Origin: Escherichia phage Ecwhy_1
DNA: 64,000 nucleotides
Direction: 5' to 3' (one strand)
Sequence record: MH791411.1
A program made the position numbers and the translations under genes. Positions 29,879 through 38,841 of the stretch are shown piece by piece. Every line of letters starts with the position of its first letter. The first letter of the stretch is position 1. The notes beneath the pieces were generated by a model that had not been told where the DNA came from, ran no database searches, and worked only from the letters and a program-made list of their open reading frames with translations.

Positions 29879-30113
29879 TCTCTCGCCTCCATATCTCGGT
29901 TCTAATGTGTTGACATTGTGCTTCGATGAACATATCTATTGATTTGGCAATTGCTTTTTTATCAGTGCCTGTCATCAGTACAAGCATCTCGGCCTCACAG
30001 TGAAGTAAACGCATGATATCATAGGGTAATATTCCAGATACCGTGTCATAGTGTTTCTGTGCCAGTGTCTGTAATAGTTTACAATACATTTTGTGATTTA
30101 GTCTTTGTCGCAT
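29862..30113 (-). CDS. Fam-B minigene (divergent)
   Basis: array member, TGTDKKAI. Confidence 0.45.
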   Translation of the reverse strand: MRQRLNHKMYCKLLQTLAQKHYDTVSGILPYDIMRLLHCEAEMLVLMTGTDKKAIAKSIDMFIEAQCQHIRTEIWRRENDNPK

Positions 30114-30370
30114 TGTCTATTCCATTCTTTTTTGGCCTTGATGGTTTTATATTGGATTTGGTTTCTTAATGCTGATAAGTATCGTTGAATGAACAGATCT
30201 TGATAGTTTGTTCCAATGAATTTCATAAGATAAAGTTCACCGTTGATAACATCCACTTCAGGTGCACCATATAAGGCATTGTTTTTTCTAAGGGCATGGA
30301 TTAAAGAGAATAGGGCAGTTTGATACTCAACTCCTGATAAAGTCTTCATGTTTTGTGAGCCAATAATCAT
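30098..30370 (-). CDS. Fam-B minigene
   Basis: array member, IGTNYQDL. Confidence 0.55.
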   Translation of the reverse strand: MIIGSQNMKTLSGVEYQTALFSLIHALRKNNALYGAPEVDVINGELYLMKFIGTNYQDLFIQRYLSALRNQIQYKTIKAKKEWNRQCDKD

Positions 30371-30590
30371 CTAGTTTATCCTGTATAACATTCATTAATT
30401 GTTCGACATATTCTGTGCAAAACTTATCTTGATATTGAGTCCCCATAAAGTACAGCAACCATAGCTCATTAACTTTAGCTCGCATTTGGTTCCATGTAAG
30501 GCTGGGGTCATCGTAGACTATCCTTGCTATAGGGGTTAGTTTACGGACTATAGTTTCATATTCATCTAGTGTTAAGTGTTTCATTTGCAT
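30327..30590 (-). CDS. Fam-B minigene
   Basis: array member, MGTQYQDK. Confidence 0.55.
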   Translation of the reverse strand: MQMKHLTLDEYETIVRKLTPIARIVYDDPSLTWNQMRAKVNELWLLYFMGTQYQDKFCTEYVEQLMNVIQDKLDDYWLTKHEDFIRS

Positions 30591-30799
30591 TTGTCCCTTA
30601 TTAAATCAGTGAGGGCAACTATGTGTGCAACAACATACTCTTCCTGAAAGTTCGTCCCCAGTACAGCCATCATGCGTATATCGGTGGTGTTTATTCTGTG
30701 TTCCCTTACACATAAACCTTCTGTGTGAGGAAGTGTAAAATATTTGTTTATTGCAGCAACGATAATTTTATTCTTCTCGTAATTACTTAAATGTTTCAT
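30581..30799 (-). CDS. Fam-B minigene
   Basis: array member, LGTNFQEE. Confidence 0.55.
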   Translation of the reverse strand: MKHLSNYEKNKIIVAAINKYFTLPHTEGLCVREHRINTTDIRMMAVLGTNFQEEYVVAHIVALTDLIRDKCK

Positions 30800-31008
30800 A
30801 GTTTGCTCTTAATGTATTTCTGGAGTGCAATTATATACTCATTCAAGAAGTGCTCCTGATAATCTGTGCCGAGGAATGCACCCAATAGTATATCATTTTC
30901 CAATACTAATGCTAAGTTTAAATCATCAGTCTCTTCATATACTATGAGAATTTCAAGTTGTCTGGCAGCGACGCGTTCGGTATATAGATTTGAGTTAATG
31001 CTATTCAT
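30796..31008 (-). CDS. Fam-B minigene
   Basis: array member, LGTDYQEH; near-duplicate of next gene. Confidence 0.6.
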   Translation of the reverse strand: MNSINSNLYTERVAARQLEILIVYEETDDLNLALVLENDILLGAFLGTDYQEHFLNEYIIALQKYIKSKL

Positions 31009-31217
31009 AGTTTACTCTTAATGTAATTCTGGAGTGCAATTAAGTATTCCCCTACATAATACACCTGAAAGTCTGTATCCAAAAATGCACCCATAAGTAA
31101 ATCTTTTTCTAATACCCTTGATAAGTTAAGGTCTGCATTTGAATTGTATATAATTAAGATTTTATTCTGGACAGAAACAAAACGTATCTTATATTCTTCT
31201 GGTGTTAAAAAAATCAT
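31005..31217 (-). CDS. Fam-B minigene
   Basis: array member, LDTDFQVY. Confidence 0.55.
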   Translation of the reverse strand: MIFLTPEEYKIRFVSVQNKILIIYNSNADLNLSRVLEKDLLMGAFLDTDFQVYYVGEYLIALQNYIKSKL

Positions 31218-31423
31218 AGTTTACTCTTAATATCTTCTATTAAAAAATGAATCCAATCATCAACATACTCTTCCTGATGGTTTGTGTTCAGTACAGCCAA
31301 CATGCGGATCTCTGCTCTTGCAACTTGGATTTCAGTTTTAGAAAGGTCTTTGCTGATATCAAACATTAAGTCCATGTATTTCAAGATAAGACCGAATGAT
31401 TGGGTTCGTGTTATAGTTTTCAT
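31214..31423 (-). CDS. Fam-B minigene
   Basis: array member, LNTNHQEE. Confidence 0.55.
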   Translation of the reverse strand: MKTITRTQSFGLILKYMDLMFDISKDLSKTEIQVARAEIRMLAVLNTNHQEEYVDDWIHFLIEDIKSKL

Positions 31424-31620
31424 TGTTTCCTCGTGGACAATATTTCATTTTTCAATGCATCCATATATTGAATCACCCATCTTCCCTGATAGCTTGTACC
31501 CAATGTAATCAAAAGGTATAACTCAATTCGTTCTAAGTTTGTGTCTGTGTTATAAATCTTTACCATGTTTTTACGTAACAGTTCTTGATAATCTTCTTTA
31601 TTTAAAATACGCATTTTCAT
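31420..31620 (-). CDS. Fam-B minigene
   Basis: array member, LGTSYQGR. Confidence 0.55.
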   Translation of the reverse strand: MKMRILNKEDYQELLRKNMVKIYNTDTNLERIELYLLITLGTSYQGRWVIQYMDALKNEILSTRKQ

Positions 31621-31814
31621 AGTCTACCTTTTATGTCCCTTCGTAATTCTTGTAAGTATAGTTCGATATACTTTTCTTGATAGTTAGTTCCTATGAAAAG
31701 TTTCATAACCAATTCACGCTTATATGCAATACCACGGATATGTGACATATGTAAGATATATGCCATGTTGGATATGAGTGTGTGGTTGTGCTCTTCTTGA
31801 GTTAAAATACGCAT
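31617..31814 (-). CDS. Fam-B minigene (first of array)
   Basis: IGTNYQEK; TTGACT ... TATTAT promoter about 31840-31875 upstream. Confidence 0.55.
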   Translation of the reverse strand: MRILTQEEHNHTLISNMAYILHMSHIRGIAYKRELVMKLFIGTNYQEKYIELYLQELRRDIKGRL

Positions 31815-32063
31815 AGGGACTCCATTAAAAATAATATCAATCCAATAATATACGATTCATATAAAAAGTCAATAACATTTTATAAGTAATACCCCTTTAT
31901 CGAAGTCGCTAAGGTTACCCGCCCTTTAGCCCCCTACGCATTTTGCCATAGTCCAATCCCTTTTTATTCATAAAAGTCAAGGGATTACCTATGCATTTTT
32001 TTAACGCTGAAGTTTAAAAATGCCTTGACTTTTTTATGATTCAGTACTAAATCCTTTTACGCA

Positions 32064-32273
32064 TTAATCCTTCGTTACGCTTACGATTATCTGTGTATCC
32101 CCATAGTCCTGCCATACTTCCACGCCAGCCGTCGCCTTGGTTAGTCGTGCTGTCATCTGCTTAATGGTCTTAGGCTTTAGTGGAACCTGTTGCAGTACTG
32201 TACGCATAGCACTATCGACGTTATCATGTACGCCTGCAATAGTGCCTAGAACGCTATATACTGTATAGATCAT
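32064..32273 (-). CDS. hypothetical small protein
   Basis: 69-aa ORF at start of cassette region. Confidence 0.4.
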   Translation of the reverse strand: MIYTVYSVLGTIAGVHDNVDSAMRTVLQQVPLKPKTIKQMTARLTKATAGVEVWQDYGDTQIIVSVTKD

Positions 32274-32341
32274 GTGTATGTACTCCTGATATAGTTAAGG
32301 CCGCTAGAGAGCGGCCTATGATGTTTGATGATGTGTAACGC

Positions 32342-32743
32342 TTACAGTCCTAAGATAGTGCGTGCTTCGTTACGTTCCGTACACAGCTGCATGATGTGAG
32401 CAAGTAAGTCCTTGCTAATGTATCCGGTGTTCATAGCTTCACGAATAGATACATCATAAGCACCGAACCCAGTGCGAACGATACGCACATCATTCAGGTT
32501 AGTATTATAGATACCGCCGAGATCAACGGCTTCGAATACTACATCAACAGAATATTCATTGTTGCCATCGTGGAAGTTTTCCAGTGCAATAGTATTGGAA
32601 ACCGCCCAACGTTTGCAGTTTCCAATGATGCGGCACTGTTCCGGTTGGATAGTGCCATTACTTACAGCGTACTCCAGTGCATCTTTACCAAAAGTCCGAG
32701 CCAGTACTAAAACGTCAGCGAAGGAAGTGATTGAGAAGGTCAT
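32342..32743 (-). CDS. hypothetical protein
   Basis: track ORF trimmed to ATG after TAAGGAG SD; N-terminal extension MYNVLHREGE is translated promoter/hairpin. Confidence 0.5.
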   Translation of the reverse strand: MTFSITSFADVLVLARTFGKDALEYAVSNGTIQPEQCRIIGNCKRWAVSNTIALENFHDGNNEYSVDVVFEAVDLGGIYNTNLNDVRIVRTGFGAYDVSIREAMNTGYISKDLLAHIMQLCTERNEARTILGL

Positions 32744-32828
32744 GATAAAACTCCTTAATTTAGGAGGGAGAACCATTTCCCCCTCTCTATGTAAAACATT
32801 ATACATGAATCTAAGTACTATGCAAGTA

Positions 32829-33164
32829 CTATTTCATTTTAATACCTGGATTCAGGTAGCGGTGAGATCCATATTCTGGATCGGTTTCGGTCCAGTACTG
32901 TAAATCTATAGTACCTTTAGCGTTAATCTTATCTACCAGCTTATTCATCTTAGCGTATACTACATCAGCATCGATGCGTTTAAAGCCAGTGGCTTTAGTG
33001 AAGTAGTAGTGATTTGCTTCACTATCATTCAGGATGTACCGAGAACCGTCAGCCGTTTGTGCGACAATGAATGAGAATGATACTTTACGATCAAGGCCGT
33101 CGCAGTATACAGATGAATCATTGGTACGGATGAAAGCTTTAACGATAGCGATTGAAGTAGTCAT
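32829..33164 (-). CDS. hypothetical protein
   Basis: 111-aa ORF with promoter cassette upstream. Confidence 0.5.
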   Translation of the reverse strand: MTTSIAIVKAFIRTNDSSVYCDGLDRKVSFSFIVAQTADGSRYILNDSEANHYYFTKATGFKRIDADVVYAKMNKLVDKINAKGTIDLQYWTETDPEYGSHRYLNPGIKMK

Positions 33165-33409
33165 TTTGAATCTCCTAACTTTGTGGGCCGTCGCACCATT
33201 GCCGCCCTACGAGATACATTATTGCAGTACTGATATACTTTGTCAATACTTTTTTATTAATAGTTTTAGTTCCACCAGCAGATAGTTACTCACCGTTATT
33301 AACTATATATTTTGGATACACTTATGCACCCTGTGGGCTAGTTTTTGTCTATGCGTATATAATAGCAAAGGGACTGACCTGAGTCAATCCCTTTTTTTAT
33401 TCTTTTTTG

Positions 33410-33610
33410 TTAGATGATTCTCCAATCATCAACGATCATGGTAAGATACCGAACCAGTGATTCGAGTGATTCGTGTTCTCGATAGTCTGACGCACCGCCA
33501 GCGGTACAAGTACAGCCGATTAAGCCGTTTTGCAATTCCTTAATCTGTACATCGATAAGGTTGGCTTTAGCTTCTTTCAGTACTTCAACCAGGGCGATAG
33601 CGATAGACAT
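33410..33610 (-). CDS. hypothetical small protein
   Basis: 66-aa ORF, cassette upstream. Confidence 0.45.
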   Translation of the reverse strand: MSIAIALVEVLKEAKANLIDVQIKELQNGLIGCTCTAGGASDYREHESLESLVRYLTMIVDDWRII

Positions 33611-33700
33611 AATGTTTTACTCCAAACTATTGGCGGGAGAACTATTCCCCCGCTCTATGTAAAACATTATACATTACTGGTTAGTACTGTCAAATAGTTT

Positions 33701-33958
33701 TTATGAAATATCTTCGATGTAGTCGGCCCATTTCATTTTTTCAGTACTGTCAATGGCTACCGGATTATTTGGATCAAACCATTCACCATTACCGCAATAC
33801 ATACCAACGGCTACGGTTTTATAGCCATCCTGGGCCGTACACCACGACATTGCACGATAGATATGGCCTTTAACTGGTTGTAGTACTGGTAACGTTTTAT
33901 GGTCTTCTACGTAGGCCATCGCTTGATGATTTACCCGATATTGTGTGAACTGTTCCAT
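33701..33958 (-). CDS. hypothetical protein
   Basis: 85-aa ORF, cassette upstream. Confidence 0.45.
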   Translation of the reverse strand: MEQFTQYRVNHQAMAYVEDHKTLPVLQPVKGHIYRAMSWCTAQDGYKTVAVGMYCGNGEWFDPNNPVAIDSTEKMKWADYIEDIS

Positions 33959-34034
33959 TATGTTTCCCCTTGTAGTTAGTAAAGTTATTACATCAGTACT
34001 ATCAAGCTATGTCAATAGTACTGAAATAAAACTT

Positions 34035-34259
34035 TTAGATTAGATTATTGAGGCCGTCAATGGTAGACTCACTTTCTTCTTTCTCCCATTGTCGGTAGTA
34101 CTTCCATGCTTCATGATAGGTGGCGATTAGTTCATCTTTTTGATCCTGGTTACATGCCAGTACTGAATCACGGTGAGCGGTGTTATAGATAGAATCGAAT
34201 GATTTCTTCTCTTCTGCCAGGTTAGCTACTTCCCGCATCAGTTCATCAAAGTTAGCCAT
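34035..34259 (-). CDS. hypothetical small protein
   Basis: 74-aa ORF; AAAGGAG SD 7 nt before ATG; promoter plus hairpin upstream. Confidence 0.5.
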   Translation of the reverse strand: MANFDELMREVANLAEEKKSFDSIYNTAHRDSVLACNQDQKDELIATYHEAWKYYRQWEKEESESTIDGLNNLI

Positions 34260-34326
34260 TTTATTACTCCTTTTAGTGGGGGAGGATATCTCCCCCTATG
34301 CAAAACATTATACTTTGTTTTAGTTA

Positions 34327-34590
34327 TTATGCAAGTACTTTTTTCATATAAACATTAAATTCTACACCGCCGTAACCTTCCACGATGATATGTTTTGCGT
34401 TATCACGTTTGCACATAGTGAAACCATCGTTTACGTGTTTTGCATTTTCCAGGGCGACATCACCGATAGCGGCACATACGGCACTAATAACAGTATTCCG
34501 CAAAGTACTGGTATCATTGGCGGTCATAGTAGTTTGCAGTACTACGTTGTCGTATACGTGTGCATTGATAGTGATTTCGATAGTGTTCAT
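34327..34590 (-). CDS. hypothetical protein
   Basis: trimmed to MNTIEITINAHV; track N-terminus MFYIERGKWF is translated leader. Confidence 0.45.
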   Translation of the reverse strand: MNTIEITINAHVYDNVVLQTTMTANDTSTLRNTVISAVCAAIGDVALENAKHVNDGFTMCKRDNAKHIIVEGYGGVEFNVYMKKVLA

Positions 34591-34677
34591 GGTGTATCTC
34601 CTGGACTTGAGGGGAAACCATTTCCCCCTCTCGATATAAAACATTATACGTTAATCTAACTACAATGCAAGTACTTT

Positions 34678-34869
34678 TTAAATTTTATTTCCGATATAGT
34701 CCGGCATGTTCTTTTCAGTCATACGCTTTGCTAATGTCTGCATATGGCTTATAGCGTTCAAGGTGTCTTCCTCCAGGGATGAATCGAGATAATCAGGATC
34801 ATTCTTCACCTTGCAATGATTATGATAGCGTAGTACTGCCAGTACTTTTTTAACTTCTTCTACTGTCAT
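34678..34869 (-). CDS. hypothetical small protein
   Basis: 63-aa ORF coupled to upstream gene. Confidence 0.4.
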   Translation of the reverse strand: MTVEEVKKVLAVLRYHNHCKVKNDPDYLDSSLEEDTLNAISHMQTLAKRMTEKNMPDYIGNKI

Positions 34870-35138
34870 AATAAGTACCCCACTTCGTTAGCTTTCAGGT
34901 TAGTATCAATCATCAGTGGATTTTTGTAGTTCACAAAACGAGTAGTTTTCTCGATAGCGAATCCCATATAATCCAGCTTACTAACAGTACATTCATTCTT
35001 AAAAACTTCTTTCGCTGCATCGATGGCTGATTGCATGGATAACCGACCATCTAAATTAATGTTTCCAAATGATCCACCAGCAGAAGTAGGATTACCGTTC
35101 ATATCTTTAATGATCATAGTAGCGGAGTAGCTGGACAT
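34866..35138 (-). CDS. hypothetical protein
   Basis: 90-aa ORF, cassette upstream. Confidence 0.45.
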   Translation of the reverse strand: MSSYSATMIIKDMNGNPTSAGGSFGNINLDGRLSMQSAIDAAKEVFKNECTVSKLDYMGFAIEKTTRFVNYKNPLMIDTNLKANEVGYLL

Positions 35139-35227
35139 AATTTTGTTTCCTTTTATTGGTGTGGGGAGAACTATTCTCCCCTTGATGTAAACTATTATAC
35201 AGTACTAAAATACTTTGTCAAATACTT

Positions 35228-35635
35228 TTATTCGCCCATATAGATTAGATTATCATCGCCTACATAGGGATCGCAAACGTTGATTTCTTCACAGTACTTC
35301 GTGAATACATCGCCATAGTGACCTAAACCACGATCCCAAAAACCAGTTCCGTGACCTTCGCGGGTAAGGAACAGATCATGACCAGCTTGCTCATAACCGT
35401 AATCAATAAACATACCGCGAACTACTTCCAGATCATTACCGTGTTTCTCAATGAAGCGAGAACATGCAATCACCGCCGCTTGACGTGCTTCATCAGATAA
35501 CTCATAATCTTCCAGGTAATCGCCGTTATCATTATGTACAGTACTGAATTGCATAGCTTCAATGTAAGCTACAACCATTGCAGCATGATTTTTATCGTTA
35601 GTGATGTTCCGAGCGAGATTAGTAGTAGTAGACAT
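35228..35635 (-). CDS. hypothetical protein
   Basis: 135-aa ORF; promoter (35688-35715), leader hairpin (35657-35675) and AAGGAA SD upstream. Confidence 0.55.
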   Translation of the reverse strand: MSTTTNLARNITNDKNHAAMVVAYIEAMQFSTVHNDNGDYLEDYELSDEARQAAVIACSRFIEKHGNDLEVVRGMFIDYGYEQAGHDLFLTREGHGTGFWDRGLGHYGDVFTKYCEEINVCDPYVGDDNLIYMGE

Positions 35636-35656
35636 GATTTTATTCCTTATTGTATT

Positions 35657-35675
35657 GGGGAGAACTATTCTCCCC
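35657..35675 (-). promoter_or_regulatory. 5' leader stem-loop GGGGAGAAtagTTCTCCCC (representative)
   Basis: perfect GC-rich palindrome between promoter and SD; same design upstream of most cassette genes. Confidence 0.6.
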
Positions 35676-35687
35676 TTGATGTAAACT

Positions 35688-35715
35688 ATTATACAGTACT
35701 GATATACTTTGTCAA
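35688..35715 (-). promoter_or_regulatory. sigma70-type promoter TTGACA-N16-TATAAT with CAGTACTG in spacer (representative)
   Basis: read on minus strand: TTGACAaagtatatcagtactgTATAAT. Confidence 0.65.
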
Positions 35716-35718
35716 TAC

Positions 35719-35940
35719 TTAATTACGTTTAAAATGATATGTGCCTTTATCATCCTGTACGCCCCATACTGATTTACCATCAACACCAGTGAAGCCGGAT
35801 TGTAATTCAATATGGAAACCATTATTATCAACTACAAAAACTTTTTTATTTTCATCCCGATAACATTGATATTCTGAATCAACATTAAAGGCCGCATCAT
35901 TCAGACGATTGGAAGCGTAAATGCAAGTCATTGTAGTCAT
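35719..35940 (-). CDS. hypothetical small protein
   Basis: trimmed to MTTMTCIYAS after leader. Confidence 0.4.
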   Translation of the reverse strand: MTTMTCIYASNRLNDAAFNVDSEYQCYRDENKKVFVVDNNGFHIELQSGFTGVDGKSVWGVQDDKGTYHFKRN

Positions 35941-36164
35941 GATTTTATTCCTTAATATACCAGGGAGAACCATTCCCCCTCTCGATATAAAACATTATAC
36001 TTGATTCTAAGTACAATGCAAGTACTTTTTTAAAAATAGTTTTCAGTACTGAATACTTATATAATAGATACACTTCCGCACCCTATGGGTCAGTGAGTTA
36101 TCTCTCAATGGATATATAATAGCAAAGGGACTGACCGGAGTCAATCCCTTTTTTTAATCTTTTT

Positions 36165-36749
36165 TTATCGTGTTACCTTACTTGCTGCCACATCACGCTT
36201 TTTATAGTACTGATTCCAGATATTGCTGGTTAAACCGTAATCAAGTACTTTAATAAGTCCATTACGATCCTGGCCGATATTCTGTTTTCTGATATCTCTT
36301 ATCGTTAGTGTTGATAATGTATCATCAACGTGTTGTAGTGCATCAGCAAAGCGGTGCTGGCGTTCGATTGCATTACGTTTAATATTGTACTTTAATTCAT
36401 TGCACGCGTTTACGTGCTTCACACTGCCTTTGCTTGCAGTACTCAACCGATCCATAACGATAAACATATTATCAGGATCGCATAAATGCATATGCACCTT
36501 TGCAAAGTACTGTTTCAATTGAGGGCGGTCATAGTCTAAAAAATTCCATACCTTACATTCAGTTTCATTTTGTTCTACACCCGCATCACAATTCGCGACC
36601 TTAATCACTAACCGATCATTTAAAGCGAAAACTATACGGGAAGAACCAGCACCGATGATCTCCAGGCCAGCTAACCGACAAGCTGAAAGGATCTCTTTGT
36701 TGGTTTCCATTTCTGACAGTGTACGGATGAATTTAGTATAATTACGCAT
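36165..36749 (-). CDS. protein-kinase-like protein (putative Ser/Thr kinase)
   Basis: G-loop IGAGSSRIVF, VIKV lysine, catalytic-loop-like IRDIRKQN, DFG-like LDYG; trimmed to ATG after AAGGAG SD. Confidence 0.55.
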   Translation of the reverse strand: MRNYTKFIRTLSEMETNKEILSACRLAGLEIIGAGSSRIVFALNDRLVIKVANCDAGVEQNETECKVWNFLDYDRPQLKQYFAKVHMHLCDPDNMFIVMDRLSTASKGSVKHVNACNELKYNIKRNAIERQHRFADALQHVDDTLSTLTIRDIRKQNIGQDRNGLIKVLDYGLTSNIWNQYYKKRDVAASKVTR

Positions 36750-36780
36750 TGCATGTTCTCCTTGAGTTAATGAAACTATA

Positions 36781-37023
36781 TTACAGTACTTTACTATCAA
36801 TGGCAACTACTTTTTTAACATTAACGGCGTGGATCACTTCCTTCGTGTTTTTAGTACTGAATACTTTCGCCGCTCCTTGTTCGACCGTGATACGATAGCG
36901 ACCATTAACATCAACCATATTAATAAAGTCCGGCGTGCTGAATGGTGTTGTTTTACATTTGAGTACTGTTAACAGTTCCACCAGCGATGTAGTTTCTTTG
37001 ATACGTTTTTCTAAAGTAATCAT
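36781..37023 (-). CDS. hypothetical protein
   Basis: trimmed to MITLEKRIKE; track N-terminus is translated leader. Confidence 0.45.
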   Translation of the reverse strand: MITLEKRIKETTSLVELLTVLKCKTTPFSTPDFINMVDVNGRYRITVEQGAAKVFSTKNTKEVIHAVNVKKVVAIDSKVL

Positions 37024-37080
37024 TTTGTTTCCCCCGTGTTGGTATGTACATATAGTACTAAAACATTTGAGTACTGTCAA

Positions 37081-37299
37081 TTAGATAATATTATATTTCT
37101 TAAAATAAAATGCGTCCTGTGTTGGTTGATACTCGATACCGTTACCGTTATTGACTTCAACTAATAAACCTTTGTCAATTAGTTTTTTAATAGTACGATA
37201 CCCTTGTTGAAAATTGGTAAAATGTGAATCATTACGAAAGGTATAACCGTGCTTAACTGCTTCATCAATAGTTTTCTTTTCGATTTTAGATAATTTCAT
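37081..37299 (-). CDS. hypothetical protein
   Basis: trimmed to MKLSKIEKK; same leader as previous gene. Confidence 0.45.
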   Translation of the reverse strand: MKLSKIEKKTIDEAVKHGYTFRNDSHFTNFQQGYRTIKKLIDKGLLVEVNNGNGIEYQPTQDAFYFKKYNII

Positions 37300-37352
37300 T
37301 TTGTTTCTCCCGTGTTGGTATGTGTACATAGTACTAAAACAATTGAGTACTG

Positions 37353-37607
37353 TCAACGTGATATTAGTTTTATTTTCTTATTGTATTGTTGATGCTCATA
37401 AAGGTTTATCTTTCCTGTGTTCTCGATTACTATCCTGTTGTTAGTGTCCACGTCGATTACACGCAGTTTCCCGTTGCTTAACTTCCTAGGTAATAGGTTA
37501 CCATTAATAAACTCATTAGCAAGCTGTACGGCCTTTGTGATGATTCTCTGAGGTGCTTTATAGTGTACCCGTAAGATGTTATCTTTATATAGTTGAACCT
37601 TAATCAT
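37353..37607 (-). CDS. hypothetical protein
   Basis: 84-aa ORF. Confidence 0.4.
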   Translation of the reverse strand: MIKVQLYKDNILRVHYKAPQRIITKAVQLANEFINGNLLPRKLSNGKLRVIDVDTNNRIVIENTGKINLYEHQQYNKKIKLISR

Positions 37608-37625
37608 TTTGTTTGTCCTATAAAA

Positions 37626-37648
37626 AAGGCGGGAACTGATCCCGCCGT
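37626..37648 (-). terminator. rho-independent terminator
   Basis: minus-strand hairpin GGCGGGAtcagtTCCCGCC followed by T-run. Confidence 0.6.
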
Positions 37649-37668
37649 GTTGTTAGTACTGCAAGTTA

Positions 37669-38073
37669 TTAGATAACCTGGCGGCGTTTACTGTATACTG
37701 TTACACGATTACCCTTACGATCATGTCGGATCTCTTTCTGGTTGCGAATCAGTTCACTTGGACGCTTAAGGTTTGCCAGGTGATCCGCGTGAGTCCATGC
37801 GGTGTGGTTTACCTGTACTTTGATATCAGAATCAGCGATAAACTCATCTTGTGCGTCAAGTATTGCCGCCAGCATATCCGCTCGTTTTAGTTCTGCTGCT
37901 GTCAGTACTGGCTCAGGTGAATTCACAATATCAGAGATTTCTTTGAACTGTACGGCCCAGCGTTGACCTTTCGTTGCATCTTTGCCCATGTCTTTAAATG
38001 CTGCTCCTTCCTCGCGTGCAACAATACGGGCAGCTTCACGGGTAGCGTAGAATTTAGTAATCATGGTATACAT
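37669..38073 (-). CDS. hypothetical protein (paralog of 51079..51342)
   Basis: shared KFYATREAARI ... FKDMG ... RWA ... DRKGNRVTVY; start may be M4. Confidence 0.55.
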   Translation of the reverse strand: MYTMITKFYATREAARIVAREEGAAFKDMGKDATKGQRWAVQFKEISDIVNSPEPVLTAAELKRADMLAAILDAQDEFIADSDIKVQVNHTAWTHADHLANLKRPSELIRNQKEIRHDRKGNRVTVYSKRRQVI

Positions 38074-38159
38074 CCTATTAGTTGAGTTAGTACTACAAGT
38101 TAGAGTCTATTATAAAGTACTATCTGGGCAATGTCAAATAGTACTTTAAATGGATTCTA

Positions 38160-38483
38160 TTACATGTCTTTCTTACGTTTTACATCGTGGTAGCGAACTG
38201 TTATTTCTTTGTTGATCTCTTCCTCGATGCGATGAATAACTTTTTCTTTCGGGTTGAAACCTATAACGGTTTCTTTAATGATCTCCAAGCCCGTGTATTC
38301 GCCTTGTGTACCGTAACCGTATGTAAAGGTTTCGTGTCCCAGGTCTTCCCAGCGGTCGCCAATTAACGCAGACACGTAGCAAGAGTGGTAAGTATTGCCG
38401 TGTGAATCAGTCCACCGATTAACGTTAATGTCAAAGGAGGTTACAATTTTCAATTCTACTTTCTGGGCAAGGATCATAGCCAT
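38160..38483 (-). CDS. hypothetical protein (paralog of 45003..45326)
   Basis: shared RWTDSxGNTYHSC ... FTYGY ... VKRKKD. Confidence 0.55.
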   Translation of the reverse strand: MAMILAQKVELKIVTSFDINVNRWTDSHGNTYHSCYVSALIGDRWEDLGHETFTYGYGTQGEYTGLEIIKETVIGFNPKEKVIHRIEEEINKEITVRYHDVKRKKDM

Positions 38484-38570
38484 TTTTATTTCTCTCTCTT
38501 TGTTAGGAGGGGAACCATTCCCCTCGCTTGATGTAAACTATTATACAGTACTAAGATACTTTGTCAATAC

Positions 38571-38753
38571 TTATTTTTTGGAAAGTTTACGCATTAATTC
38601 TACGCTTTCTTGTGAACGTTTTGCTACCTGGCAAGCTGTATGGGCAGTAAACATTTTTGTATAGTCTGACGCTTTGCCACCGAACCGAGCGGCACGTTCA
38701 CGGGCACTTGGAACTAATACTATTTCTTTATTACAGATAGTGCACTTAGCCAT
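38571..38753 (-). CDS. small Cys-rich protein (possible zinc ribbon)
   Basis: trimmed to MAKCTICNK; CxxC ... HTAC spacing. Confidence 0.4.
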   Translation of the reverse strand: MAKCTICNKEIVLVPSARERAARFGGKASDYTKMFTAHTACQVAKRSQESVELMRKLSKK

Positions 38754-38841
38754 TTTTATTTCTCTCTCTTTGTTAGGAGGGGAACCGTTTCCCCTCACTT
38801 GATGTAAACTATTATACAGTACTAAGATACTTTGTCAATAC

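Noticed and set aside
25297-31814. Possible CRISPR-like array suggested by the regular 220-250 bp periodicity
   Set aside because: The periodic units are intact, diverged protein-coding minigenes with conserved amino-acid motifs, not short identical direct repeats separated by spacers.
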